A stretch of DNA of 64,000 nucleotides, from positions 1-64,000 of the forward strand of contig NIVC01003988.1 in assembly GCA_002269645.1 (NCBI GenBank), given 5' to 3'. The position numbers were made by a program, and so were the translations under genes. Source of the DNA: Macrostomum lignano (lineage: Eukaryota). Shown here in pieces: positions 27,343-39,570 of this stretch; the first letter of the stretch is position 1; each line of letters starts with the position of its first letter. The notes under the pieces are model-generated. The model did not search any database. It worked only from the letters and a program-made list of their open reading frames with translations, and was not told where the DNA came from.

Positions 27343-27943
27343 GCTATCCGTGCAGGCAGTCAGTCTATTTGTGAATTTTCTGGTGGATCTGAAGAAAACC
27401 CGTCCGGCACAGGATTAAAGAGAAAGAGACGATCTGTTTTGGGTGAGTATTATCTGCTGTAGAAGTATTGTACACCAGAGTACTTGTGTTACTTGGTAGA
27501 GCACAATTCAAAAGCAATGCAACAATCTCAGTGGCATTGTTGGGACACAAGCTACAAACGCAATGAATAGTAAACACAGCCCAGCCTAGCTCAAGGCTAG
27601 TAATTTGTTGGGCATTTATTGGGACATTGCAGCCAGGCCTATTTTTTGAACAGCATTTGTTGGGTCGCACTTATTGGGACAATACTGATTCTAATCGCGA
27701 CTACTTCTGAGTTCTGACTTTTCAAAACAGACCCAGCATTAGTTGAACACGTTCTATTAAAGGGTTCCTTTATAGCCTATTAATGATTACTAAAGCAAGC
27801 CTATCTTAATTGATTTCTTTTCCTCGCAGATTCTGAAGTCAGCCACGCCAGCGACATGCCTAAGAGACAAGAATGCGCTTTAACGATCAGCAGCGAGCAT
27901 TCTGATCTCGCCGCTGCATCCGTCATTTGGTTCACTTGCTGCT

Positions 27944-27987
<44 letters not shown>

Positions 27988-28587
27988 GCTATCCGTGCAG
28001 GCAGTCAGTCTATTTGTGAATTTTCTGGTGGATCTGAAGAAAACCCGTCCGGCACAGGATTAAAGAGAAAGAGACGATCTGTTTTGGGTGAGTATTATCT
28101 GCTGTAGAAGTATTGTACACCAGAGTACTTGTGTTACTTGGTAGAGCACAATTCAAAAGCAATGCAACAATCTCAGTGGCATTGTTGGACACAAGCTACA
28201 AACGCAATGAATAGTAAACACAGCCCAGCCTAGCTCAAGGCTAGTAATTTGTTGGGCATTTATTGGGACATTGCAGCCAGGCCTATTTTTTGAACAGCAT
28301 TTGTTGGGTCGCACTTATTGGGACAATACTGATTCTAATCGCGACTACTTCTGAGTTCTGACTTTTCAAAACAGACCCAGCATTAGTTGAACACGTTCTA
28401 TTAAAGGGTTCCTTTATAGCCTATTAATGATTACTAAAGCAAGCCTATCTTAATTGATTTCTTTTCCTCGCAGATTCTGAAGTCAGCCACGCCAGCGACA
28501 TGCCTAAGAGACAAGAATGCGCTTTAACGATCAGCAGCGAGCATTCTGATCTCGCCGCTGCATCCGTCATTTGGTTCACTTGCTGCT

Positions 28588-28629
<42 letters not shown>

Positions 28630-29236
28630 GCTATCCGTGCAGGCAGTCAGTCTATTTGTGAATTTTCTGGTGGATCTGAAGAAAACCCGTCCGGCACAGG
28701 ATTAAAGAGAAAGAGACGATCTGTTTTGGGTGAGTATTATCTGCTGTAGAAGTATTGTACACCAGAGTACTTGTGTTACTTGGTAGAGCACAATTCAAAA
28801 GCAATGCAACAATCTCAGTGGCATTGTTGGGACACAAGCTACAAACGCAATGAATAGTAAACACAGCCCAGCCTAGCTCAAGGCTAGTAATTTGTTGGGC
28901 ATTTATTGGGACATTGCAGCCAGGCCTATTTTTTGAACAGCATTTGTTGGGTCGCACTTATTGGGACAATACTGATTCTAATCGCGACTACTTCTGAGTT
29001 CTGACTTTTCAAAACAGACCCAGCATTAGTTGAACACGTTCTATTAAAGGGTTCCTTTATAGCCTATTAATGATTACTAAAGCAAGCCTATCTTAATTGA
29101 TTTCTTTTCCTCGCAGATTCTGAAGTCAGCACGCCAGCGACATGCCTAAGAGACAAGAATGCGCTTTAACGATCAGCAGCGAGCATTCTGATCTCGCCGC
29201 TGCATCCGTCATTTGGTTCACTTGCTGCTCAGCAGC

Positions 29237-29269
<33 letters not shown>

Positions 29270-29872
29270 GCTATCCGTGCAGGCAGTCAGTCTATTTGTG
29301 AATTTTCTGGTGGATCTGAAGAAAACCCGTCCGGCACAGGATTAAAGAGAAAGAGACGATCTGTTTTGGGTGAGTATTATCTGCTGTAGAAGTATTGTAC
29401 ACCAGAGTACTTGTGTTACTTGGTAGAGCACAATTCAAAAGCAATGCAACAATCTCAGTGGCATTGTTGGGACACAAGCTACAAACGCAATGAATAGTAA
29501 ACACAGCCCAGCCTAGCTCAAGGCTAGTAATTTGTTGGGCATTTATTGGGACATTGCAGCCAGGCCTATTTTTTGAACAGCATTTGTTGGGTCGCACTTA
29601 TTGGGACAATACTGATTCTAATCGCGACTACTTCTGAGTTCTGACTTTTCAAAACAGACCCAGCATTAGTTGAACACGTTCTATTAAAGGGTTCCTTTAT
29701 AGCCTATTAATGATTACTAAAGCAAGCCTATCTTAATTGATTTCTTTTCCTCGCAGATTCTGAAGTCAGCACGCCAGCGACATGCCTAAGAGACAAGAAT
29801 GCGCTTTAACGATCAGCAGCGAGCATTCTGATCTCGCCGCTGCATCCGTCATTTGGTTCACTTGCTGCTCAC

Positions 29873-29910
<38 letters not shown>

Positions 29911-30517
29911 GCTATCCGTGCAGGCAGTCAGTCTATTTGTGAATTTTCTGGTGGATCTGAAGAAAACCCGTCCGGCACAGGATTAAAGAGAAAGAGACGA
30001 TCTGTTTTGGGTGAGTATTATCTGCTGTAGAAGTATTGTACACCAGAGTACTTGTGTTACTGGTAGAGCACAATTCAAAAGCAATGCAACAATCTCAGTG
30101 GCATTGTTGGGACACAAGCTACAAACGCATGAATAGTAAACACAGCCCAGCCTAGCTCAAGGCTAGTAATTTGTTGGGCATTTATTGGGACATTGCAGCC
30201 AGGCCTATTTTTTGAACAGCATTTGTTGGGTCGCACTTATTGGGACAATACTGATTCTAATCGCGACTACTTCTGAGTTCTGACTTTTCAAAACAGACCC
30301 AGCATTAGTTGAACACGTTCTATTAAAGGGTTCCTTTATAGCCTATTAATGATTACTAAAGCAAGCCTATCTTAATTGATTTCTTTTCCTCGCAGATTCT
30401 GAAGTCAGCCACGCCAGCGACATGCCTAAGAGACAAGAATGCGCTTTAACGATCAGCAGCGAGCATTCTGATCTCGCCGCTGCATCCGTCATTTGGTTCA
30501 CTTGCTGCTCACAAGCC

Positions 30518-30553
<36 letters not shown>

Positions 30554-31152
30554 GCTATCCGTGCAGGCAGTCAGTCTATTTGTGAATTTTCTGGTGGATC
30601 TGAAGAAAACCCGTCCGGCACAGGATTAAAGAGAAAGAGACGATCTGTTTTGGGTGAGTATTATCTGCTGTAGAAGTATTGTACACCAGAGTACTTGTGT
30701 TACTGGGTAGAGCACAATTCAAAAGCAATGCAACAATCTCAGTGGCATTGTTGGGACACAAGCTACAAACGCAATGAATAGTAAACACAGCCCAGCCTAG
30801 CTCAAGGCTAGTAATTTGTTGGGCATTTATTGGGACATTGCAGCCAGGCCTATTTTTTGAACAGCATTTGTTGGGTCGCACTTATTGGGACAATACTGAT
30901 TCTAATCGCGACTACTTCTGAGTTCTGACTTTTCAAAACAGACCCAGCATTAGTTGAACACGTTCTATTAAAGGGTTCCTTTATAGCCTATTAATGATTA
31001 CTAAAGCAAGCCTATCTTAATTGATTTCTTTTCCTCGCAGATTCTGAAGTCAGCACGCCAGCGACATGCCTAAGAGACAAGAATGCGCTTTAACGATCAG
31101 CAGCGAGCATTCTGATCTCGCCGCTGCATCCGTCATTTGTTCACTTGCTGCT

Positions 31153-31193
<41 letters not shown>

Positions 31194-31215
31194 GCTATCC
31201 GTGCAGCAGTCAGTT
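19469..31215 (+). repeat. Tandem array of a ~650-bp exon+intron unit (1 divergent + 18 near-identical copies, last truncated by the gap), each with a variable CAG tract
   Basis: Unit starts (first base after the acceptor AG): 19469 (variant), 20030, 20675, 21341, 21987, 22635, 23289, 23941, 24591, 25244, 25887, 26536, 27187, 27830, 28474, 29117, 29757, 30396, 31041. The 18 near-identical copies start with TTGATTTCTTTTCCTCGCAG|ATTCTG; every complete unit ends with TTTTGG|GTGAGT. Confidence 0.97.
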
Positions 31216-31792
31216 NNNNNNNNNNNNNNNNNNNNNNNNNNNNNNNNNNNNNNNNNNNNNNNNNNNNNNNNNNNNNNNNNNNNNNNNNNNNNNNNNNNNN
31301 NNNNNNNNNNNNNNNNNNNNNNNNNNNNNNNNNNNNNNNNNNNNNNNNNNNNNNNNNNNNNNNNNNNNNNNNNNNNNNNNNNNNNNNNNNNNNNNNNNNN
31401 NNNNNNNNNNNNNNNNNNNNNNNNNNNNNNNNNNNNNNNNNNNNNNNNNNNNNNNNNNNNNNNNNNNNNNNNNNNNNNNNNNNNNNNNNNNNNNNNNNNN
31501 NNNNNNNNNNNNNNNNNNNNNNNNNNNNNNNNNNNNNNNNNNNNNNNNNNNNNNNNNNNNNNNNNNNNNNNNNNNNNNNNNNNNNNNNNNNNNNNNNNNN
31601 NNNNNNNNNNNNNNNNNNNNNNNNNNNNNNNNNNNNNNNNNNNNNNNNNNNNNNNNNNNNNNNNNNNNNNNNNNNNNNNNNNNNNNNNNNNNNNNNNNNN
31701 NNNNNNNNNNNNNNNNNNNNNNNNNNNNNNNNNNNNNNNNNNNNNNNNNNNNNNNNNNNNNNNNNNNNNNNNNNNNNNNNNNNNNNNNNNNN
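31216..31792. other. Assembly gap (577 N)
   Basis: Run of N at the end of the array; true copy number is unknown. Confidence 0.99.
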
Positions 31793-32974
31793 GTCCGGAA
31801 ACATGCAGAATTCACTTCCGTTCTTCAAACGGTTTCTTTCTAAAAAAATTGCGCTTATCATAACCTTCCTTCTATAGAAAGAGCCGTTCAGGGACTGGTA
31901 CAATTTGAAGAACATCGGTAAGTTGAGATAAACCAGATAAACTTTAAACTGTGTGCAAAAATTTCAACGATTTGAACCTACAGGAAATTTCAACGGGTTA
32001 GCGAGATACGGAAGGACATTAAAAATACTTGGAAACAGCTGAACATAACAAAATTGCGTGGCAAACCCCGTATTTCTTTCCCAGACTTATAGCTTGACAT
32101 CCCGTTTTATTGCTTTGGCGGAGGAAAATACTAGACTTTGAGGGACCAGTCAGAGAGCCACCTGCTTTCTTTACAGTAAATTCGTAATGGTTAAAGATTG
32201 AGGCCGGTTCTTGTTATCTCTAGCCTCAAGGACGTGCCTGTTCTAATATTAGAAGTTGCTCGAATATTACTCTGCATCTAATTTTATAGCTGGTCACGTG
32301 ACGGGCCAAGCTCGCGCACCCCAGATCACGTGATTTCCTCTCCCGTCGCGGATAATAGCTGTATTTAGCTTAGCTTATTACCCCAAAACGCAACTTGGCC
32401 AAACTTCCTTCAATCGTGTCTGAGCTACCTATTTTTAGGAGTTCTGAGGTCGAAAATATTTTCCTAGGCAGAGCTAATAAAAACCTGTTGCAAATGCGAA
32501 GATCTTAGACAGAGATTCCAGACTGTTTACGAAGCCAATTGTAGTCAGCTGTGCTACTCCGAGTTGTAAACAGACTTCCACTTACCGCAAGCGCTACTCT
32601 AAAAAAAATGAGAAGAAAAAGCAATGAATAGACAACACATGGAGAGGGCAGCTCAGGTCAAAATGTGCTGTCTCGGGGCCACAATGGGGCCACAAGCTGA
32701 ATTTAGACGAAAAATGTGGAAAGACGCAAAAGAAAGCGGAGGGGGGGGTATAAATTTGGCGAGAGACTGGCTGGCTTTTTCACTCACAAAAGCTGCGAGT
32801 AATGCCTAAAGAATTTCTGCCGGCTTTTGCCGGTCTTCGAGCTGCGTGAGCTCTGCGAGTCACACTCAATTTGAGCTGCAGACTCAACTCGTATTTTCAA
32901 TGAACAAGAAAACAAATTTTTACTGCTCCCACGCATTCGGATCTTTTGCTGGTTTTGGTATTTAAATTTGTCAT

Positions 32975-33390
32975 TCTAGCCTGCATTTCTGTCACACTCT
33001 CGCCTGCATTTCTGTCACACTCTCGCCTGCATTTCTGTCACACTCTCGCCTGCATCTCTGTCACACTCTCGCCTGCATTTCTGTCACACTCTCGCCTGCA
33101 TCTCTGTCACACTCTCGCCTGCATTTCTGTCACACTCTCGCATCACTCTCGCCTGCATTTCTGTCACACTCTCGCCTGCATTTCTGTCACACTCTCGCCT
33201 GCATTTCTGTCACACTCTCGCCTGCATTTCTGTCACACTCTCGTCACACTGCCTGCATTTCTGTCACACTCTCGCCTGCATTTCTGTCACACTCTCGTCA
33301 TTTCTGTCACACTCTCGCCTGCATGTCACACTCTCGCCTCTGTCAGCATTTCTGTCACACTCTCGCATTTCTGTCGCCTGCGTTCTGTCA
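32975..33390. repeat. 23-bp minisatellite (CTCGCCTGCATTTCTGTCACACT)
   Basis: About 16 copies, degenerating toward the 3' end. Confidence 0.93.
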
Positions 33391-34074
33391 CACATTTCAA
33401 TTTTAGACTTGCTCACAACTCTTCCATTATTGCAATCGTCTGTCACTACTGTCAGTTTCAAGTAAGCTGTCTTAAAAAAGTGAAGTTTTAAAAGATTTGT
33501 TTAGCAAGCATCGCAGCTGCAGCAGAGTTGCAGGCACGGCGAGAGCCCAGTAATACAAGCTATTTTAGTTTAATCACGTGTTTTAGTGCGATTACCAGAG
33601 AGTATCGAGGTGAAGCCGAACTGGTGCATTTTGCTGAAGAATTCCAGCCTTTCAGCTGCACGGCAATAGAATGCAGTAGTAGCGCTGGTCACTTTGATAC
33701 TATAGCCTAGTAACAGAAAACCATCGGAATGCTTAATGCACTCACGAATAGATAGTTGCATTTTGGGGGCACATGACCTCGTAGGGTTCTCTAAGGCTCT
33801 CGCATACTCTCACTGACTGTGAAAGTTGCATGTAGGCAAAGACACAAAATTCTTGAGGTCTAAAATATCCAATAATACGCGTTCAAACTACTGAACTCAG
33901 CGGCCACACTGCTTCAGTTGCAAAGTGCCAAACAGATTCTTAAGTCTATGGTACGAATCGCGTGCATTAAATTAGCCAGACACGTGCAAGGTGGCTGCTG
34001 ACACAGAGATTGTGCACTTCGCAAGTGCATTTTGTTCAGCAAAAACACGCGGAAGTCTCGTCAAAGCATCAGCC

Positions 34075-37000
34075 ATGCGTCCTGCATACGGCAGCAGCCG
34101 AGGCTGGGCAGCAGCGGATGACTCGGCTTCTTCGGCGACGGGCGGCCGCCAGCGAGTCCGGGTCACCGCTGCCAGTCGGCGGGCCGACAGCCCCGCGCCC
34201 GCCGCCGTCCCTGGCATCATCTTCGGCCGGCTGAACCTGGCCAAGGCTTTCCGGCCGCAGGCGGCCCAGCTGCAGCAGCGGCCGGGGACAGTGTCGGGGA
34301 CAGTTGCAGGTCGACGGCCGAGCGCTGCACCGAGCGGCGACATCAGCGGCGGCTGCCCATTCAAAGAGCGGGCGGCAGCGACCCACAGCCGACCGACTCC
34401 GATGCCTGAAACGCCGCAACCTTCTTCAGCCCCACCGCCGCCTCGGCCGCAGGGCCCGCCAGCGACTGCCTGCGTTGTGCAGCTGGAGACGCCGCTGACT
34501 TCCGTCAGCCCGCCCAGTTCGGCGCAGAAGCGGCGCCCGCCCGCAGCCACGCGCAGCTGCGCCGCTGGCCGCGCCTTCCCGTTTGCAGGGCAGCCGCCCC
34601 GCCGGAGATTCGCTGCTGCCCGGGCGGAGACGCTGCCGACGGTGCCACCGGCGCCACCCTGGGCAGCCGAGAGAGCGCTGGCAGCCGACCGTTCCGCTTC
34701 TTCCGCAGCTTCCTCAAGCGGGTCGGCCGCCGCTCCCGGTCTCGGGGCCGCTGCGCCGGCGACAGCAAGCGAGGCCGCAGCCGCAGCCTGCCGCCAACCC
34801 CGGCGTCGTCGAGGCCGATGCTGCGGTCGCAAACTCCGACACCGCCGCCGACACCGCCGATGCCGACGCCGGCGACCTCTGCAATGTCGATGGATGGAGA
34901 CTCCCCGTCTGCTGAGTCCTCCGCCGGTGAAGCCGAGGAGGAGGAGGCGGCGGAGCAGCGGCAACCCCGGCCAGGTCAGCAGAGGCAGTCGGAGGTCGTG
35001 GTGGCGACTTTCAGCGGCTGGTTCAGGCAGGCCACGCCATCGGAGCCGAACCGGCTGGCGTTCTTGGCCAGCCTGCTTGACTCTCAGGACGCCTCTTCGG
35101 CGACCTCGTCAGTCTCCGCCGCCGCGCCACCCCAGCTGCCATCTCCGCCGCCGCAGCACCCGCGCCAAACCCCACCCATCTCGGCCAATCCAAGGCGGAC
35201 CGCAGCTGAGCAGCCGAACCAAAAAAGACTCCCTGCTGCCCCGCCGATGCCGGCGCCGCAGCCGCCGCCTCCTCGGCCTGCGGGTTCAAAGCCAAAGCGC
35301 TGCCCGCCGAAGCAGCAGCCACAGCAGCAGCGGCAGAAGCGCTCGCAGCGGCAACCAGTCGCTCCCAGGACGCAGCCACCGCCCAGCCGAGCAACGCGCC
35401 TCGCAACCGAGCGAAGGCCGCAGACGCTGGCGGTGGGGGCGGCCGCTCCGCAGCGTCGGTGGGTTCTGCCGCCGGAACCTGCGGCCCCCAAGCCGGCCCG
35501 CGGCCCGCAGCAGAAGCCGGTCTCCAGAGCGGAGGCGAGGCGCCGAAAGCAGCTGGCCGAGCTGCTGCAGCTCGAGGAGGCGGTCAGGAACATGATCGTT
35601 GATGGCCCGGACGATCAGCTGGCGTCCGAGTCTCAGCTACTGTTCGATGACGACAGTGATTCCCTGACGACGCTTGATGACAACCTGCGGCCAGACTGCA
35701 AAGACCTGCAATCAGACGAGGGAGATGACGACGGCTCCATTGTGTCGTTTCCGGCTTTCACTGAGCTGCCTGTGCGGCCACCTCCGCCGCTGAAGACTGT
35801 CGCAGCTGCGGTCTCACCGCTGGCAGCGCGGCTGCCCCAAATAGCAGCTCCACCTCCGCCTCCGCCTCCGCCCCCTCCTCCACCCCCGCTTCCGTATCTT
35901 CCCCCGCCTCCGCCCCCATCTCCGCCCCCGCCTCCGCCCCTATCTTCGCCCCCGCCTCCGCCTCCTCCTCCGCCCCCTCCTCTGCCTCCGCCTACGCATC
36001 AGCCTCTCCAGAATTCCCCAGGCATGACGTCACTTTCCGTAGCAGTAGCGGGCAGCGACTCAAACAGCTTCAGCAGCGACTCATCCTGCGACACTGAAAG
36101 CAGCAGAAGCTGCAAAAGCAGCAAAAGTAGCAGAAGCAACAGAACCAATAGAAGCAGCAGCAGCAGCGACAAAACCAGCTGCGCAAGTCACAGAGAAGAC
36201 GAAGCGCCCAGCACTCCAACCGAGCGACCCGAAGCCATCCGCTTGACCGTCTCGTGGAGCATGGCAGTCGAGATGTCTTCATCTGATGATGAGTCAGGCA
36301 CCACCGGCGCAAATACAGAGGAGCTCTCAGAAGCCCAGCCTCAGCCGCCAGCTCCGCCGTCCACAGCGCCGGCAGCGGCGCCAGAAGCTCCTGTGCCAGA
36401 AGTCCAGCAGCTGCCACGCGAACCCGCGGCCGCAGCTGCAGCGGAGCTCCTGGCCCGGCTGCGCAGCCTGAAGGCGCCGGCCGGCATGGAGGCGATGCTG
36501 AGGGCCGAGCTGGACGCACTGGCTCGCTGCGTCGGCTGCCGCTTGTCGCCGTCGAGATCATCAACGCCTGACGATGCTTCAACGCTGAGCAGCGACAGAG
36601 GCGACTCCGACAGCAAGCAGCTGGAGGACGCGTGGAGCGCCGGCGAACTGTCCGACGAGCCCTGCTGCCCGTGGCACCTGCGCCAGATGATGGAGCTGTA
36701 CCGCCACACTGAGGACAGGCGGCGAGGCATTCAGGCCTATCACCAGAGCCTGCGACAGCTGGTCGACCTTCGGCCATCGCTGGAAAGCATACCGGAGCTG
36801 CCAAATGAAGAGGAGGCTGCGGAGGCGGCGACTGTCTGGGAAGAGTCAGGAGACGAGCAGCGCAGCAGCGACGCAACAGACGCCGACAGCGGGCCCGGGA
36901 CTGCATCGTCATCGACTCGGCAGCTCCTAACAAGCCGCCTCGGCGAGGAGATTCGCCAGCTGCAGCAGCGACTGGCGCAGGCGTCCGTGACTTCGCAATC

Positions 37001-37142
37001 GGGATTTTCTTCCTCAGCTTCGTCGGCCTCGTCCGGTTCGTCCCGGCGAAGACTAGACCTTCTTGACAGCGGCGGCAGCAGCTTCGGTCTGACTTCGGAC
37101 GATGCGACCAGCAGCGGCAGCGATCGAACCACGGACTTTTGA
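34075..37142 (+). CDS. Large Pro/Ser/Ala-rich disordered orphan protein with poly-Pro tract and C-terminal helical segment; 5' part frame-broken
   Basis: The frame of ORF 34818-37142 is open back to 34410. An ATG-initiated frame starts at 34075 in a different frame, so an indel or intron is needed near 34400-34620. No family recognised. Confidence 0.5.
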
Positions 37143-37254
37143 GCGCAGTCTGTTTTCATTGAAGACATTCCCTGGATGTAGAGCTTGACTTAATAAAGGT
37201 CCGCCAACCCTATTTCTTTACCCTTGACTGGGTTCCCCCGGTTTTTCTATCCCA

Positions 37255-37440
37255 TGATAGCCTCTGATTGGCTTCCAAGTTTTTCTACCCCTGGCTAGCC
37301 TCTGATTGGCTCCCAAGTTTTTCTACCCCTGGCTAGACTCTGATTGGCTCCCAAGTTTTTCTACCCCTGGCTAGACTCTGATTGGCTCCCAAGTTTTTCT
37401 ACCCCTGGCTAGCCTCTGATTGGCTCCCTGGTTTTCTAGC
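37255..37440. repeat. 38-bp minisatellite containing CTCTGATTGGCT
   Basis: About 5 copies just after the stop at 37142. Confidence 0.9.
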
Positions 37441-37799
37441 CCTCTCTAGTTTCGGTCAGACGCACAAATATGGCAGCAATAAAAATATTTGGCTCAATAG
37501 TATCAACCCAAATTCTTGGCGAAATTGCACATCTTGAATCCAATGAATGTCAGGACTTTATGCATCAATTTAATTATAGTCGAAAAAGAGGTTTAAATGT
37601 GTAAAATAAGTGAAACAGTCGAATACGAAAAATTCTGTCGATTCTACGACCGTATTTTCCTCTGAGTTTTTATACCATAATTAGCTGGCTCAAAAATCAT
37701 AATGCCGACAGATGTTATTTTAATAAGTTTTCTTTGCTTACCGTACTACTGAAAGTAGTATGGTGAAAAATATTTAAATCCGAAGCAATTGAAAGTGAG

Positions 37800-38200
<401 letters not shown>

Positions 38201-38376
38201 TAGACAAGGTAGGCTTCTCTTACACTACTTGCGTATATACTACTAATGAGAGCTTTTTCCATAGAGCAGTCTATTCTCGGCAACACCAAACCGGGATGCA
38301 AACAGCATGCTGAGATCGAAGCGAAGTCTTCATGAACTTTTATTTACAATAAATTATCAATTGACGCGGAGGAGGC

Positions 38377-39570
38377 ATGGCCGGTCCAGGCACTCTCTCG
38401 TGGAGGCTGGCTGGCATGATGAGGAACTTCTATTGGTACTGCATGAGCATGTGGTTCGGCGGCAGCAGTGGTGGCAGCCGCCGCAGTCCTTCAGGCCGGC
38501 GGCGTCGCCAGCCGCATTCGATTTGCGACGTGACGATCCGCTCCATCGGCGGCTACGAGGTGATCAGCTTCCGGGACCAGCCGCCGGCGCCGCTCCTCAC
38601 CAGCGGCGCAAACTCGGCGGCTGCCCGGACTCGGCGGAGGCGCCGGACAGTCGAGGACGCGCGGCCGACGGCTAGTTTCCGGCTGTTGAACCGGCTGTCT
38701 AAGGAGTTCCTGGAGTGCTCGGATGGCCGGTTGCGCGCTGGCCGCTTGGGTGTTGGGCGAGAGGGCCGCCGACAGCAGAACAAAGACCGCCGGCTCACTG
38801 CGGACCCAAAACCAAGCGGAGAGGCCGGCAGGCAGAATAAAGACAAGGGCAGTTTGGACAAAGACAAGGGCAGGCTGGACAAAGACAAGGGCAGGCTGGA
38901 CAAAGACAAGGGCAGGCTGGACAAAGACAAGGGCAGGCTGGACAAAGACAAGGGCAGGCTGGACAAAGACAAGGGCAGGCTGGACAAAGACAAGGGCAGG
39001 CTGGACAAAGACAAGGGCAGGCTGGAAAAAGACAATGGCTGGCTGGACAAAGACAAGGGCAGGCTGAACAAAGACAACGGCAGGCTGAACAAAGACAACG
39101 GCTGGCTGGACAAAGACAAGGGCAGGCTGGACAAAGACAACGGCTGGCTGGACAAAGACAATGGCTGGCTGGACAAAGACAAGGGCAGGCTGGACAAAGA
39201 CTCAGTCTCCACATCAGACTCGGGCTCGGAGTCGGACAGCAGAGGAGAGGAACAAAGAGTCAAAGCCGGAAGCAATCGAAGCAGAAAAAGCAACAACAGA
39301 AGCAGAGAAGGCGGCAGAAACAGAGACAACGGGAATGAGACGGAAGACAGCGGCGGCCTGAGCTCAGTGAGGATGCAGCGCAGCAGAAGCGAGAGGCTGG
39401 ACAGCAGCGGAGGGCCGGCGCGGTGCCAGCAGGAGCTCAAAGACTCGGTGAAGAGTGTCGGCCGGCAGCTCAGGATGGTCCGCCAGGAGGAGTGGATGCT
39501 GCAGCGGTCGGCAAAATCAGCCAAGAAGAGGGCGGCGTTCCAGAAGCAGCAGCAGCAGCAGAGAGCATAG
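38377..39570 (+). CDS. Orphan 397-aa charged protein with internal (DKDKGRL)n repeat from a 21-bp minisatellite
   Basis: Single ATG-to-TAG ORF with good start context (GGCATGG); ~16 repeat units at ~38860-39200; no strong splice sites flank the repeat. No homology recognised. Confidence 0.55.
   Translation: MAGPGTLSWRLAGMMRNFYWYCMSMWFGGSSGGSRRSPSGRRRRQPHSICDVTIRSIGGYEVISFRDQPPAPLLTSGANSAAARTRRRRRTVEDARPTASFRLLNRLSKEFLECSDGRLRAGRLGVGREGRRQQNKDRRLTADPKPSGEAGRQNKDKGSLDKDKGRLDKDKGRLDKDKGRLDKDKGRLDKDKGRLDKDKGRLDKDKGRLDKDKGRLEKDNGWLDKDKGRLNKDNGRLNKDNGWLDKDKGRLDKDNGWLDKDNGWLDKDKGRLDKDSVSTSDSGSESDSRGEEQRVKAGSNRSRKSNNRSREGGRNRDNGNETEDSGGLSSVRMQRSRSERLDSSGGPARCQQELKDSVKSVGRQLRMVRQEEWMLQRSAKSAKKRAAFQKQQQQQRA

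Noticed and set aside
20056-29345. Poly-Gln versions of the array ORF
   Set aside because: They arise only in copies with 1-nt indels at the CAG edge and stop inside the exon; most likely consensus errors.
19565-30881. Repeated 101-aa minus-strand ORF MRPNKCCSKNRPGC...
   Set aside because: Non-ATG start, no recognisable domain, and it straddles the plus-strand donor. Its recurrence only reflects unit identity.
19469-31215. CRISPR-like array or snRNA/SL-RNA/5S gene cluster
   Set aside because: There are no unique spacers (only CAG length varies) and no cas genes. I found no match to the U1, U2, 5S or flatworm SL sequences I recall; the Sm-like AATTTTCTGG alone is insufficient. An Infernal/Rfam scan would settle it.
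32530-32700. THAP-like remnant (VVSCATPSCKQT...KKKQ*ID)
   Set aside because: Only a loose C-x4-C resemblance; it lacks the FP and HF motifs, has a stop, and no transposon termini were found.
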